Shown here: in pieces, positions 1 to 9,909 of the stretch
How the letters are laid out: the number at the start of each line of letters is the position of its first letter
Position numbering within the stretch: position 1 is the stretch's first letter
Notes under the pieces: generated by a model
What the model was told of the DNA's origin: nothing
Database searches by the model: none
The model's input: the letters and a program-made list of their open reading frames with translations, nothing else
Made by a program: the position numbers and the translations under genes
Source of the DNA: Candidatus Nitrosopumilus koreensis AR1
GTDB taxonomy: Archaea; Thermoproteota; Nitrososphaeria; Nitrososphaerales; Nitrosopumilaceae
Assembly: GCF_000299365.1 (NCBI RefSeq)
Contig: NC_018655.1
Coordinates: 810,001-842,000, forward strand
Reading direction: 5' to 3'
DNA length: 32,000 nt

Positions 1-1374
1 ATTTAATAATCCTCTGGTCATTCCTGGCCAAGGAGATCGTATGATTAAATAACCATTTTTGTTTTTGACAGAATTCCCATCATCATCTACCACATCAAGA
101 TCTATCCCAGGAACTGGAATGCCAACAGTAGAGGGTTTTAATTTCATTCCAGGAAAAACAGACAACATTGCACCACCTATCTCAGTACCCCCAGACAGAT
201 TCATAATCGGGATTTTTTTATTTCCAACTTTTTCAAACAGCCACCACCAAGAATCTTCATCAAGAGGTTCTCCAGTTGTAGGTATGTTCTTGATTTTGTC
301 AAGTGAGAAATTTTTTAATGGTTCTTCATTATTTTTTTTAAACAGTCTTGTTGCAGTAGGAGATATGCCAAAAATTGTTGCATTATAATTTGAAAGAATC
401 TTCCACACTCTGTCAGAACTTGGAAAATCTAATGCCCCATCATATATCACAGAACTAGCACCCATAATCAGCAAGCCATAAACATTCCACACCAGACCTG
501 TTATCCACCCAATGTCTGCTGGCCAAAACAACACATCTTGTGCCTGCAAGTCAATAAGATATGCTGCCTGATGACCAGCAAATACAGAAAAACCCCCATG
601 AACATGTACAACCCCCTTGGGTTTTCCAGTAGTTCCAGAGGTGTATAAAATAAAGAGTGAATCTTCAGAATCCATTACTTCAGTGTGGCAAACCGAATCT
701 TGAGATTCGGTCAGTTCATCATAAAAAACAATATTTTCAGATTTTTCATATTTGTCAATTCCTTTGTAGTTTACCACAATTGTTTTTTCAACCTTAGTTT
801 GCAAAATTGCATTTTCCATAGGTTCTTTTTGAGAAATTGGTTTTCCTTTTCTCACAAAGCCATCTGAAACAAAAAGAATTTTTGCATTACAATCTTGCAA
901 TCTAACATGTAATGATTCAGTACTATATCCTGAAAAAATTACAGTTTGTATTGCTCCGATTTTGGCAGATGCTAAAATTGCCAAAATTGCCTCTTCAATC
1001 ATTGGAAGATAAATCGCTACAACATCACCCCTTCCCACACCAAGAGATTTTAAGCCATTAGCAAGTTTTGAAACTTTTTCATCTAGTTGCAAGTAAGATA
1101 ATTCTGAAGTGGCCTCATCTTCTGAAATAAAATAATACGCAATTTTATTTGGAGTTGTTTTTGCAAATTTTTCAACAGTTGATTTGTAGATATTTGTTTT
1201 ACCATTTACAAACCATTTTGAATGTGCGATTCCTTTTGAAGAATCAAGTATTTTCTCATATGGAGAATCCCAAACAACCCCAATATCCTTATCAACTTCA
1301 CTCCAAAACCATTCCAATTCATTTTTTGCTTTATTTGACAGTTCAGTTAATGATGAAATTCCATGTTTCTGCAT
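1..1374 (-). CDS. AMP-forming acyl-CoA synthetase (acetyl/propionyl/acetoacetyl-CoA synthetase-like), C-terminus beyond left edge
   Basis: Minus-strand frame open from ATG at 1374 (in-frame TAA at 1389) to the left edge; contains YTSGTTGKPKGV (AMP-binding P-loop), NLSGGTEIGG, and PVPGIDLDVVDDDG. Absent from the ORF track because it is truncated. Confidence 0.93.
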   Translation of the reverse strand, partial: MQKHGISSLTELSNKAKNELEWFWSEVDKDIGVVWDSPYEKILDSSKGIAHSKWFVNGKTNIYKSTVEKFAKTTPNKIAYYFISEDEATSELSYLQLDEKVSKLANGLKSLGVGRGDVVAIYLPMIEEAILAILASAKIGAIQTVIFSGYSTESLHVRLQDCNAKILFVSDGFVRKGKPISQKEPMENAILQTKVEKTIVVNYKGIDKYEKSENIVFYDELTESQDSVCHTEVMDSEDSLFILYTSGTTGKPKGVVHVHGGFSVFAGHQAAYLIDLQAQDVLFWPADIGWITGLVWNVYGLLIMGASSVIYDGALDFPSSDRVWKILSNYNATIFGISPTATRLFKKNNEEPLKNFSLDKIKNIPTTGEPLDEDSWWWLFEKVGNKKIPIMNLSGGTEIGGAMLSVFPGMKLKPSTVGIPVPGIDLDVVDDDGNSVKNKNGYLIIRSPWPGMTRGLLN

Positions 1375-1480
1375 AAAATGAAAGATGTTAGATTCTTCAA
1401 CTTGTTTTTGTGTTGGTATGAATTCAAAATCAGACAAGATTCAATTTTTACAATAAAACAGACTGTAAAAAGATTTTAGA

Positions 1481-1744
1481 TTAAGAAATATCAATTCCGA
1501 GACGTCTGGCACAGGCAATTGCTGCTTTTCCATGATCTTCAGTGATTCCAAATTTTTGAAGTTCTTTAGTTATTTTTGTCCCAGAGAACAAGGTATTTTC
1601 ATAATAATATTGGCGCAAAATCACGCCTACATGTTCATCTAACCTCTTACGAGTGGCATCATTCATGCCTGCTTGAAGTATCGTAGCATCAGATGTTGCC
1701 AAGATTTTGATAAATTCTATATCCTCAAGTGAAATCTCAGACAT
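1481..1744 (-). CDS. conserved-looking hypothetical protein, last gene of the aspS-gatCAB cluster (87 aa)
   Basis: Starts 3 nt after the gatB stop region on the same strand; good codon structure; no family recognised. Confidence 0.7.
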   Translation of the reverse strand: MSEISLEDIEFIKILATSDATILQAGMNDATRKRLDEHVGVILRQYYYENTLFSGTKITKELQKFGITEDHGKAAIACARRLGIDIS

Positions 1745-1746
1745 GC

Positions 1747-3150
1747 CTATCCAATCTGTTTTTTTAACAAATCCAATGTAAGTTGAGGATCTGCCTTTCC
1801 TTTTGTTTTTTGCATGACTTTTCCTACAAGATAATTTATTGTCTGGGGATTTGATTTTGCTTGTTCTACTGCCTGTGATTCCTCAGAAATCACATCTTTA
1901 ATGATTGTAATTAATTCAGATTCGTCAGAAACATTTCCTAAATCTAAATCAGATATTACTTGTGAAAGTTCTTTTCCAGTTTTTACAATTTCATGTAATG
2001 CATTTTTTGCAGAATTTCTAGAAATTTTTCCGGATTGTATAGAGTCAGCTAAATCTCTAAGATGATTAGAGGTAATTTTTGATGCTTCACGTTTTTCTCT
2101 TGTATCTACCAATCCCATCAAATCAGTGGTAATAATATTTGCAATCTCTTTTGCATTTGATTCTGTATGAGAGTCTTCAAATAAATCAGAATAAAATTTG
2201 TCTGAAGACAAAACATCTGCAACTTGATTAGGGATATTATATTTTGATACATATCGCTCTTTTTTTGAACTAATACTTTCTGGCATTTCAGATTGTAGTT
2301 TTTCTTTAGTTGTAGAATCTATTGTAATCCAAGGAATATCACCTTCCAAGAAATAACGATAGTCTAACGCCTCTTCTTTAGAACGAGAAGAAATTGTTAT
2401 TTTTCGTTTGTCATCCCAATGTCTAGTTTCTTGGACAATTTCAATATCACGAGAATGCAAACTTTCTTGTCTCGTAATTTCAAAGTGGACTGCTTTTTCT
2501 AAATCATGAAATGAGCCGATATTTTTTATCTCAACTTTTTTTCCACCTTCAATTGAGACGTTGGCATCGGCTCTCATAGCACCTTCTAAACTAGGATCAG
2601 CAACACCCAGATTTTCAAGTAAATCAGATAAAATGTTAAGAAAGTCTCTTACTTGTTTTGGGTTCTCAAAATCAGGCTCTGTAACTATTTCAACCAAAGG
2701 TGTGCCTGCACGATTATAGTCAACCAAAGTGATTTGGTTTTTAGAAGAGCTTCCCTCATAGATCAGCCTTCCAGGATCTTCTTCTAGTTGTATACGTGTT
2801 ATTCGTATTTTTTTATCACCCACCATCACATATCCAGTACCTCCAACACTGGTATCTCCGTAGATGTTTAGTTGAGTGATCTGAAAATTTTTTGGCAAAT
2901 CCGGATAGAAGTAATTTTTTCTAAAGAATGCTATTTTAGCAGGAGTGGAGCAATTCAGAGCCATTGCAATCATTGTTGCTTTTTTTACTGCTTCTTGATT
3001 TAACCTAGGCAAACTTCCAGGCAACCCCATGCAAATAGGACAAATGTTTGTGTTAACTTGAAATGATCTGTAATTTGCTTTACATGAACATAGCAACTTG
3101 CTTTCAAGATTTGTTAATTGACAATGAATCTCCAACCCTATTTTTGTCAA
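1747..3150 (-). CDS. gatB: Asp-tRNA(Asn)/Glu-tRNA(Gln) amidotransferase subunit B
   Basis: IGLEIHCQL, CPICMGLPGSLP, NYFYPDLPKNFQITQ, DYNRAGTPLVEIVTEPD, EADANVSI-type motifs; C-terminal YqeY-like tail. Confidence 0.97.
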   Translation of the reverse strand: MTKIGLEIHCQLTNLESKLLCSCKANYRSFQVNTNICPICMGLPGSLPRLNQEAVKKATMIAMALNCSTPAKIAFFRKNYFYPDLPKNFQITQLNIYGDTSVGGTGYVMVGDKKIRITRIQLEEDPGRLIYEGSSSKNQITLVDYNRAGTPLVEIVTEPDFENPKQVRDFLNILSDLLENLGVADPSLEGAMRADANVSIEGGKKVEIKNIGSFHDLEKAVHFEITRQESLHSRDIEIVQETRHWDDKRKITISSRSKEEALDYRYFLEGDIPWITIDSTTKEKLQSEMPESISSKKERYVSKYNIPNQVADVLSSDKFYSDLFEDSHTESNAKEIANIITTDLMGLVDTREKREASKITSNHLRDLADSIQSGKISRNSAKNALHEIVKTGKELSQVISDLDLGNVSDESELITIIKDVISEESQAVEQAKSNPQTINYLVGKVMQKTKGKADPQLTLDLLKKQIG

Positions 3151-4592
3151 ATTGGAACCTCCGGTAACGTCACAGTACTTTCAAGTGCAAATGCAGCTTG
3201 CAGCAACGCTTTATCTTCCATAGAGTTTGCCATGATTTGCATTCCTATTGGCAGTCCATTTGCCATAGAAAATGGAACAGAGATTGCAGGTCTCCCAGTA
3301 AGATTTGCAGTAACAGTATTGATGTCTACTAAAAATAAAGCAATAGGGTCATCTATTTTTTCTCCAATTTTAAATGGTAAAATAGGAACAGTTGGTGCAA
3401 TCAGATAATCATATTTTTGAAATAGTTGGTCAATTTCTTCAGTTAATTTTTGTTTGACTTTGAGTGCTTTTAAGAGATATTTTCCAGCATGTCCAGCTGA
3501 AGGTACAAACCCACCCAAAATCATCCTACGTGTTACTTCTGGTCCAAATTTGGTTCTTGCTTTTGAAATGTATGCATTAAACTCATACCCTTCAACTGGG
3601 AAATCATATCCATACAAAAGATTATCATATCTTGCCAAATTACTTCCAGCCTCTGTTGCAGTGATTGTATAATACGCCGCAACAGAATATTTTACCATGT
3701 CAAGTGATACTTCTTCACATATTGCACCCAAATTCTCAAATTTGGAGATGGCGTTTTGAGTTGCAGAAAGAACTAGAGGATCAATTCCTTCACCCATCAT
3801 CTCTTTGATGACTCCAATTTTCTTACCTTCTACACCTAATTCTATTTCAGACAAGTAATCTTGATTGTGATTATCCACAGTGGTATCATCATGGGCATCC
3901 TTACCTGAAATAATATTGAGCATGAATGCAGTGTCTTTTACGGTTCTTGTGACAGGTCCAATTTGCTCAATGCTGTTTGCATACGAAATAAGACCAAATC
4001 GACTAATCAAACCATATGTTGGTTTGTAACCGACCACCCCACAAAAACTTGCAGGGTTTCTAGTAGAACCTCCAGTATCAGAACCTAGAGATGCAACACA
4101 TTCAAAAGAACTAACAGATGCACCACTGCCGCCAGAAGAACCGCCTGGGACATAATCTGTATTCCAAGGATTGTGTGTTGGACCATATGCACTAAATTCA
4201 GTAGTTAGTCCCATCGCAAATTCATCAAGATTTACTTTGCCTACAAATATGGCATCTTCTTTTTTTAGTCTAGAAATCACTGTTGCGTCATACGGGGCAA
4301 CAAAGTCATGCAACATTTTTGATGCACAAGAAGTTCTTGCATTCTTAATACAGATATTGTCTTTGATAGATATAGGCATTCCAAAACAAGAACCCACTTT
4401 TTCTCCAGATTTAATTTTTTTATCAATAACTCTTGCATGATCTAGCACTTCAGGGTTGACATGTAAAAATGCATGAATTTTGTCATCTATTTTTTCAATA
4501 CGCTCTAGGGTCTTTGCCATAAAATCTTCTGCAGAGATGTTACCGTTTTTTACTTCTTGCACATACTCTAAAGCAGAAATTTTTAGATTCAA
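3147..4592 (-). CDS. gatA: Asp-tRNA(Asn)/Glu-tRNA(Gln) amidotransferase subunit A
   Basis: Amidase signature: GVPISIKDNI-like (GMPISIKDNICIKN), GGSSGGSGASVSSFECVASLGSDTGGSTRNPASFCGVVGYKPTYG. Confidence 0.97.
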   Translation of the reverse strand: MNLKISALEYVQEVKNGNISAEDFMAKTLERIEKIDDKIHAFLHVNPEVLDHARVIDKKIKSGEKVGSCFGMPISIKDNICIKNARTSCASKMLHDFVAPYDATVISRLKKEDAIFVGKVNLDEFAMGLTTEFSAYGPTHNPWNTDYVPGGSSGGSGASVSSFECVASLGSDTGGSTRNPASFCGVVGYKPTYGLISRFGLISYANSIEQIGPVTRTVKDTAFMLNIISGKDAHDDTTVDNHNQDYLSEIELGVEGKKIGVIKEMMGEGIDPLVLSATQNAISKFENLGAICEEVSLDMVKYSVAAYYTITATEAGSNLARYDNLLYGYDFPVEGYEFNAYISKARTKFGPEVTRRMILGGFVPSAGHAGKYLLKALKVKQKLTEEIDQLFQKYDYLIAPTVPILPFKIGEKIDDPIALFLVDINTVTANLTGRPAISVPFSMANGLPIGMQIMANSMEDKALLQAAFALESTVTLPEVPI

Positions 4593-4868
4593 TTACACCA
4601 TCTTTGGAGCTCGTACATATGTTCCCTTATAGTGATTCAATCTTTCAATTAGTTTGTCAGAGTATTCAACATATTCATCTTCTCGAAGTTCAGACAAAGA
4701 TACAGCATCCATAGTGATCTCTTCATCAGATACTCCTGCAGAATCTAGAATATCAAAATAATCAATCATGGCATGTACTTTGTCTATGAATTCTTTATGA
4801 TCATGAACATCTATTTTCATTAATTTTGTCACTTGCTCTATTTCTTTTTCAGTAACCATACAACTCAC
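4593..4868 (-). CDS. gatC: Asp-tRNA(Asn)/Glu-tRNA(Gln) amidotransferase subunit C
   Basis: Small protein abutting gatA; pattern VTKLMKIDVHD...MIDYFDILDSAGV....LREDE...VRAPKMV typical of GatC. Confidence 0.9.
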   Translation of the reverse strand: MSCMVTEKEIEQVTKLMKIDVHDHKEFIDKVHAMIDYFDILDSAGVSDEEITMDAVSLSELREDEYVEYSDKLIERLNHYKGTYVRAPKMV

Positions 4869-6179
4869 CTAAGGTGTTAGCCTGTCAACATCTCTTGGAT
4901 AAAATGTTACGTCACGTATGTTTTCTGTGCCTGTAAGAGCCATGATTAATCGCTCAAGACCAATACCACATCCAGCATGAGGGGGAACCCCGTAATCAAA
5001 AGCGCCAAGATGATACTCAAATGCATCAGTGTTCATTCCTTTATTTTTCATTCTCTCAGACAATTCATCTCTTTTTTCAATTCTTGTACTGCCAGAGGAT
5101 AATTCCAAATCACCAAACATCAAGTCAAAAGATTCTGAAATTTTTGGGTTGGACTTGCTGTCTTTGACATAGAATGGTTTTGGGGCCAAAGGCCAATCTT
5201 TGATAAAGTAAAAACCCTCAAGACCAATTTTTTTAAGATTTGAAGGATATAGATCATCGCCCCATTCAGTTTTTGCACCAGCCTTTTGCATCTTATCTAC
5301 TAAATCATCATAGGAATATTGAGGGATTGATTCAGGAAGTTGAGGAATGTTAAATTCTACATCAGGGTTATTTTTTGCATATTCATGTACAGTCTTAATT
5401 GAAATTTTGACAATCTCTTCAATTCTACTCATGACATCATTGTAATCTACAAACGCTTCTTCCAAATCAATCGATATTGCTTCTGCAAGATGACGATTAG
5501 TTCTAGAGGGCTCTGCTCTAAAGATAGGTGCAATCTCAAATACTTTTTCAAAACTCATTGTAAGTTGTTCTTTGTACAATTGCGGACTCTGTGCCAAGAA
5601 TGCTTCTTTGTTGTAATAAAATATTGGAAATAACGCAGCTCCTCCCTCAGTAGCTGTTGCTATCATTTTGGGAGTATTGATTTCAACAAAATTTTGACTA
5701 TGAAAATATTCCCGAATAGATTTCAAAACCAGACTTCGAGTATTGAATATGTGTTGTAATACCTTACGTCTAAGATCAATAGGTCTTACCTCAAGTCGAG
5801 TGTCAATATTTTTGACAGTCTTTGCAACAGGCTCAAATGGTGGAATCTTATCAACTTCAGAAAACACTCGGATTTCTGTAGGTACTATTTCGTATCCATT
5901 AGGTGCCTTTTCAGAGGATTTTACATTACCAGTAATTGCAATTGAAGAGTGTGCCTTAAGAGATGATATTTTTTCTCGAATTTCATCTGGACAATCGCCT
6001 TTTTTTGCAACTACTGAGACATCTCCATTTTTGTCTCGGATTGTAGCAAAACTGATGTTGCCATGTCCTCTGATGGTTAAAACCCACCCCATGATCGTTA
6101 TTTGAGTTCCATCCATGGAGGAGTTGATTTCATTTGAATAATGAGATCTGCGTAAAGTTCCTAATTCAGTTTCAATCAT
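4869..6179 (-). CDS. aspS: aspartyl-tRNA synthetase (archaeal type, probably non-discriminating)
   Basis: OB-fold N-terminus, class II motifs FRAEPSRTNRHLAEA, FDLMFGDLELSSGSTRI, GCGIGLERLIMALTG. Co-located with gatCAB. Confidence 0.96.
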   Translation of the reverse strand: MIETELGTLRRSHYSNEINSSMDGTQITIMGWVLTIRGHGNISFATIRDKNGDVSVVAKKGDCPDEIREKISSLKAHSSIAITGNVKSSEKAPNGYEIVPTEIRVFSEVDKIPPFEPVAKTVKNIDTRLEVRPIDLRRKVLQHIFNTRSLVLKSIREYFHSQNFVEINTPKMIATATEGGAALFPIFYYNKEAFLAQSPQLYKEQLTMSFEKVFEIAPIFRAEPSRTNRHLAEAISIDLEEAFVDYNDVMSRIEEIVKISIKTVHEYAKNNPDVEFNIPQLPESIPQYSYDDLVDKMQKAGAKTEWGDDLYPSNLKKIGLEGFYFIKDWPLAPKPFYVKDSKSNPKISESFDLMFGDLELSSGSTRIEKRDELSERMKNKGMNTDAFEYHLGAFDYGVPPHAGCGIGLERLIMALTGTENIRDVTFYPRDVDRLTP

Positions 6180-6290
6180 AATTTACTTTACTCCATTTAC
6201 ATGGTGTAATTAATTTTTATACAATATACTAAACTAATTCATTAATTTTCATAATGCTTATAGCCTGCAGGGATTTCACATCAAAACAAG

Positions 6291-6476
6291 ATGGACATAT
6301 TGATGGGCATTGTCATCGCATTTATCATAGTAGTGGCAGGATTCGTCGGATATCATGCATCTCAGGACGTGCCAGAATATGCCGAAGAACACAATATTTC
6401 ATCAGAATTAAACATACTTGATGCAAACATCATTGACCCTATTCAAAAACAGATAATCGTCAAATCAATAGTTTGA
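6291..6476 (+). CDS. small predicted membrane protein (61 aa)
   Basis: N-terminal hydrophobic helix MDILMGIVIAFIIVVAGFVGYHA; no family recognised. Confidence 0.55.
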   Translation: MDILMGIVIAFIIVVAGFVGYHASQDVPEYAEEHNISSELNILDANIIDPIQKQIIVKSIV

Positions 6477-6507
6477 TGTTCAAATTACAATTTACATTAA
6501 TTTACCA

Positions 6508-6735
6508 GTGATTTTCAGAGATTTCATGGTTCTTTCAGACAAAGAAAAAATGGTGGCAGTAATTTCAAATGGAATAGCAGTTTTTTCTTTATTGCAAGAA
6601 AGAGAGGAACTTCCCAAAAATACAACAATGTATGATTTTGTGTTAAAAGTGATTCCAGAAGATATCAAATATGAACTCAGTGTGGAATTGATAGATGAGG
6701 TATTCCAATATGTCACATCCGCACATAGTTCATAA
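6508..6735 (+). CDS. hypothetical protein (75 aa)
   Basis: ORF upstream of purP on the same strand; acidic soluble composition. Confidence 0.6.
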   Translation: MIFRDFMVLSDKEKMVAVISNGIAVFSLLQEREELPKNTTMYDFVLKVIPEDIKYELSVELIDEVFQYVTSAHSS

Positions 6736-6762
6736 AGTACAAAATACAAGAATAGTCATAAA

Positions 6763-7788
6763 ATGACATCAATTGCAACGCTTGGTTCTCACTGTTCACT
6801 ACAGGTGTTAAAAGGTGCAAAAGATGAAGGTTTGAAAACAATTCTAGTATGTGAAAAAAAGCGTGAAAGTCTATATCGAAGATTTCCATTCATTGATGAA
6901 TTAATCATAGTTGACAAATTCAAAGAAGTTCTAGATGAGAAATGTCAATCAACCCTACAACAAAATGATTCCGTATTGATTCCTCATGGAACCTTGATTG
7001 CACAAATGAGTTCTGAGGAAATTGAATCAATCAAAACCCCAATTTTTGGAAATAAATGGATTCTAAGATGGGAATCAGATAGAGAGATGAAAGAAAAACT
7101 CATGAGAGAAGCAAAATTACCGATGCCAAAACCAGTTACAGACGCAAAAGATATTGAAAAACTGTCTATTGTAAAAAGACAAGGTGCAGCAGGAGGCAAA
7201 GGTTACTTTATGGTTGCAAATCAAGAAGATTACAATACAAAAAGAAATCAATTGATTTCAGAAGGAATTATTTCAAAAGATGAAACACTATACATTCAAG
7301 AATATGCTGCAGGAGTTTTAGCTTATTTGCAATTCTTTTATTCCCCATTAAAAGAAGAACTAGAATTTTTTGGAGTTGATCAAAGACACGAATCAGATAT
7401 CGAAGGATTAGCTAGAATCCCATCAGAGCAGCAATTAAAAAACAACAAAGTTCCATCATTTAATGTAATAGGAAATAGTCCGTTAGTGTTACGGGAATCA
7501 CTTTTGGATGAAGTGTATACAATGGGTGAAAATTTTGTTGAAGCAGCTAAAAGAGTAGTAGCACCTGGAATGAACGGTCCATTTTGTATAGAAGGAGTTT
7601 ATGATGAAAACGCAAAATTCACATCATTTGAATTTTCAGCAAGAATTGTTGCAGGAACTAACATCTACATGGATGGTTCACCATACTATTCACTATTATT
7701 CAATGAAAGCATGAGTATGGGTAAAAGAATTGCAAGGGAAGTAAAGACAGCCACAGAATCTAATCAGTTAGATAAAATTACAACATAA
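6763..7788 (+). CDS. purP: 5-formaminoimidazole-4-carboxamide ribonucleotide synthetase PurP
   Basis: TLGSHCSLQVLKGAKDEGLKT, ATP-grasp region QEYAAGVLAYLQFF, GPFCIEGVYDE, SARIVAGTNIYMDGSPYY typical of archaeal PurP. Confidence 0.93.
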   Translation: MTSIATLGSHCSLQVLKGAKDEGLKTILVCEKKRESLYRRFPFIDELIIVDKFKEVLDEKCQSTLQQNDSVLIPHGTLIAQMSSEEIESIKTPIFGNKWILRWESDREMKEKLMREAKLPMPKPVTDAKDIEKLSIVKRQGAAGGKGYFMVANQEDYNTKRNQLISEGIISKDETLYIQEYAAGVLAYLQFFYSPLKEELEFFGVDQRHESDIEGLARIPSEQQLKNNKVPSFNVIGNSPLVLRESLLDEVYTMGENFVEAAKRVVAPGMNGPFCIEGVYDENAKFTSFEFSARIVAGTNIYMDGSPYYSLLFNESMSMGKRIAREVKTATESNQLDKITT

Positions 7789-7791
7789 ATT

Positions 7792-9909
7792 CTATAATTC
7801 AACCAGCACAGCGGCTTTTTCTGAATTTTCTAATTCCTGTCTTATAGCATCCATGATTTTTGAAGGAGATGTAAGGCTAGAATAATCAACTAATTTCAAA
7901 TCGTTGAGAAGAAATACTTTGGGAGCAATTTCAGAATGTCTTGATTCTAAAAAGTCATCTATTTCTTCTAAAATAGAAATTTTCCCGCCTTGGAATATCT
8001 TTCCATTCTTTAAAGATAATTTCATTTTTCCATATCTATCTAAAATAAGCAGATGGTGTTGATTCTTTTTACTAAATAATTTTTTGACCTCCACATGTCC
8101 TGTAAAAACAAAATAATGGTCGGTTTCAAAACTCAGATCAATCAAATTCTCAGAGATTCCAATAATCTCACTAGCACGTTTTTTGGCATCATCCAAAGTA
8201 AAGATATTTTTTGAGGTTTCAACACTATCTAATTCCACATTACCTACTGCAGTTACTCTTAACAGTGCTTTTTCAGAAATGTATTCACTGTCAATTACAA
8301 TTGATTCTGGAACAGCACCTTTATCAACTAACATTGCATGAATTCTTTTTTGTACTTGAGCAATTTTTTCAGGAGTCGCATCATCCATAGTCTGTTCAAT
8401 CTCTTCTTGAAGCATAGAAGATGCCACACCAATTGAAGATATGACATCTGCATGTTCTGCCTTTTCATAAGACAATCCCAATTGTTTTGCAACAAATGGA
8501 ACCAAAACTGACGCACCGCCTCCACCGCCAATTAATTTTGTAGAATTGTTCAAGTGAAACTCTTTCATGATGTTAGTGATAGTTTTAGTAATCTCAAAAG
8601 ATGCTGTTTGGATTATTGATTGTGCAACTTCATGATAAGGCATATTCAAGTGTTCACCAAGAATTTTGAGGGCAAGTTTTGCAGATTCTTGGTTAGCAAA
8701 TGAATAATCACCCTCATCAATCATTCCAAGTGCATTTGCTGCACAAGTGTTTGTTATAGCATATGTTCCATTATCACATTTTATTGCAACATATTCTTCA
8801 ACATCATTTTCTTTTGGTTTGATATTGACAATTTTTCCAGTCTTCAAATCTTCTGGATCAGCAAAACAAGAATATTTCAAGCCTGCAATATGAGCACTTC
8901 GTGGCCCGACTTTAGAAACTCTGTTTTGACTCAAAGAAACCATACTTCCTCCAGCCACACCTAAAATTCTCACATCCATAGAACGAATACATGTTGGATG
9001 ATCATGTACTGTGACATATCGAATTTCTGGTTTTCCATTCTTTATGATACAAATGTTAGTACTTGTTCCTCCAACTTCAACAAATATTCCATTTGTGACT
9101 TTGAGGTAAAGTAAGGCACCTGCTACACTAGCTGCAGGTCCAGACAACACCGTAAGGATGGGTTTAGTTCTAAACGTATCCATACTTGAAACACCGCCAT
9201 CACCTTTCATGATCATTAACGGTGCAGTAACTCCAGTTTTTCGAATTGCTTCTTCAACATAGTTTGCAACTTGAAAAGTTTTTGGCAAAACACTAGCATT
9301 AACTGCAGCAGTCAAAGTTCTAATTTCTAATCCATATACACCAGAAATTTCATGTGATGCAGTAGATGGAACATTGCATTTAGAAGAAGTATTCATTACA
9401 AATAATTCATTTGAAGGGTCATCAACACCAAAGGCTTCAGTAGCGACAATTACTTGAGCACCTTTTGATTTGAGTTTCTCAATTGTTTGTTTCACTTCAT
9501 CTTCTGTAATTAAATGAGAAGTGTCTAGAAATTCATGAAATGTGGCAATGTCTTGATTTGTATTTCTAGACATGTCTTGTAAATTGGTTCGTTTCACAAC
9601 ATCTTTTTTTGATGGACCAACACCCATTGCAATAATGCCAACTTTAGAAGTATCAGATTCTAATAATGCATTAATTGCTTGTGTGGTACTATGAGAAATT
9701 AATTCAATATCATTAAGGTTGATCTTTGATTCTTCCAAGATATTAGATAATGCTTGAACGATTCCTTCAGAGACACCTTTTTCAGCTTTGTGAGTTGTAG
9801 GTACCGTTGATTTTGATAAGATTGTACCGGTTTTAGCATCAATAGCTACTGCTTTAGTAAAGGTACCCCCAACATCAATTCCAACACGAATTCTTGGTTT
9901 CTCAGACAT
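7792..9909 (-). CDS. HyuA-type hydantoinase/oxoprolinase family protein (705 aa)
   Basis: RVGIDVGGTFTKAVAID, HSTTQAINALLE, LSGPAASVAGA, EVGGTSTNI; no HyuB gene nearby. Confidence 0.9.
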   Translation of the reverse strand: MSEKPRIRVGIDVGGTFTKAVAIDAKTGTILSKSTVPTTHKAEKGVSEGIVQALSNILEESKINLNDIELISHSTTQAINALLESDTSKVGIIAMGVGPSKKDVVKRTNLQDMSRNTNQDIATFHEFLDTSHLITEDEVKQTIEKLKSKGAQVIVATEAFGVDDPSNELFVMNTSSKCNVPSTASHEISGVYGLEIRTLTAAVNASVLPKTFQVANYVEEAIRKTGVTAPLMIMKGDGGVSSMDTFRTKPILTVLSGPAASVAGALLYLKVTNGIFVEVGGTSTNICIIKNGKPEIRYVTVHDHPTCIRSMDVRILGVAGGSMVSLSQNRVSKVGPRSAHIAGLKYSCFADPEDLKTGKIVNIKPKENDVEEYVAIKCDNGTYAITNTCAANALGMIDEGDYSFANQESAKLALKILGEHLNMPYHEVAQSIIQTASFEITKTITNIMKEFHLNNSTKLIGGGGGASVLVPFVAKQLGLSYEKAEHADVISSIGVASSMLQEEIEQTMDDATPEKIAQVQKRIHAMLVDKGAVPESIVIDSEYISEKALLRVTAVGNVELDSVETSKNIFTLDDAKKRASEIIGISENLIDLSFETDHYFVFTGHVEVKKLFSKKNQHHLLILDRYGKMKLSLKNGKIFQGGKISILEEIDDFLESRHSEIAPKVFLLNDLKLVDYSSLTSPSKIMDAIRQELENSEKAAVLVEL

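Noticed and set aside
59-388. Plus-strand 109-aa ORF
   Set aside because: Antisense to the clearly coding acyl-CoA synthetase frame; composition is that of a shadow ORF. The same applies to 685..867 and 1149..1376.
3118-6105. Plus-strand ORFs 3118..3408, 3454..3672, 4171..4440 and 5743..6105
   Set aside because: All antisense to the gatA/gatB/aspS coding frames, which have strong family motifs.
6492-6749. Minus-strand 85-aa ORF
   Set aside because: Overlaps the plus-strand 6508..6735 ORF, which has a more protein-like sequence and is co-directional with purP.
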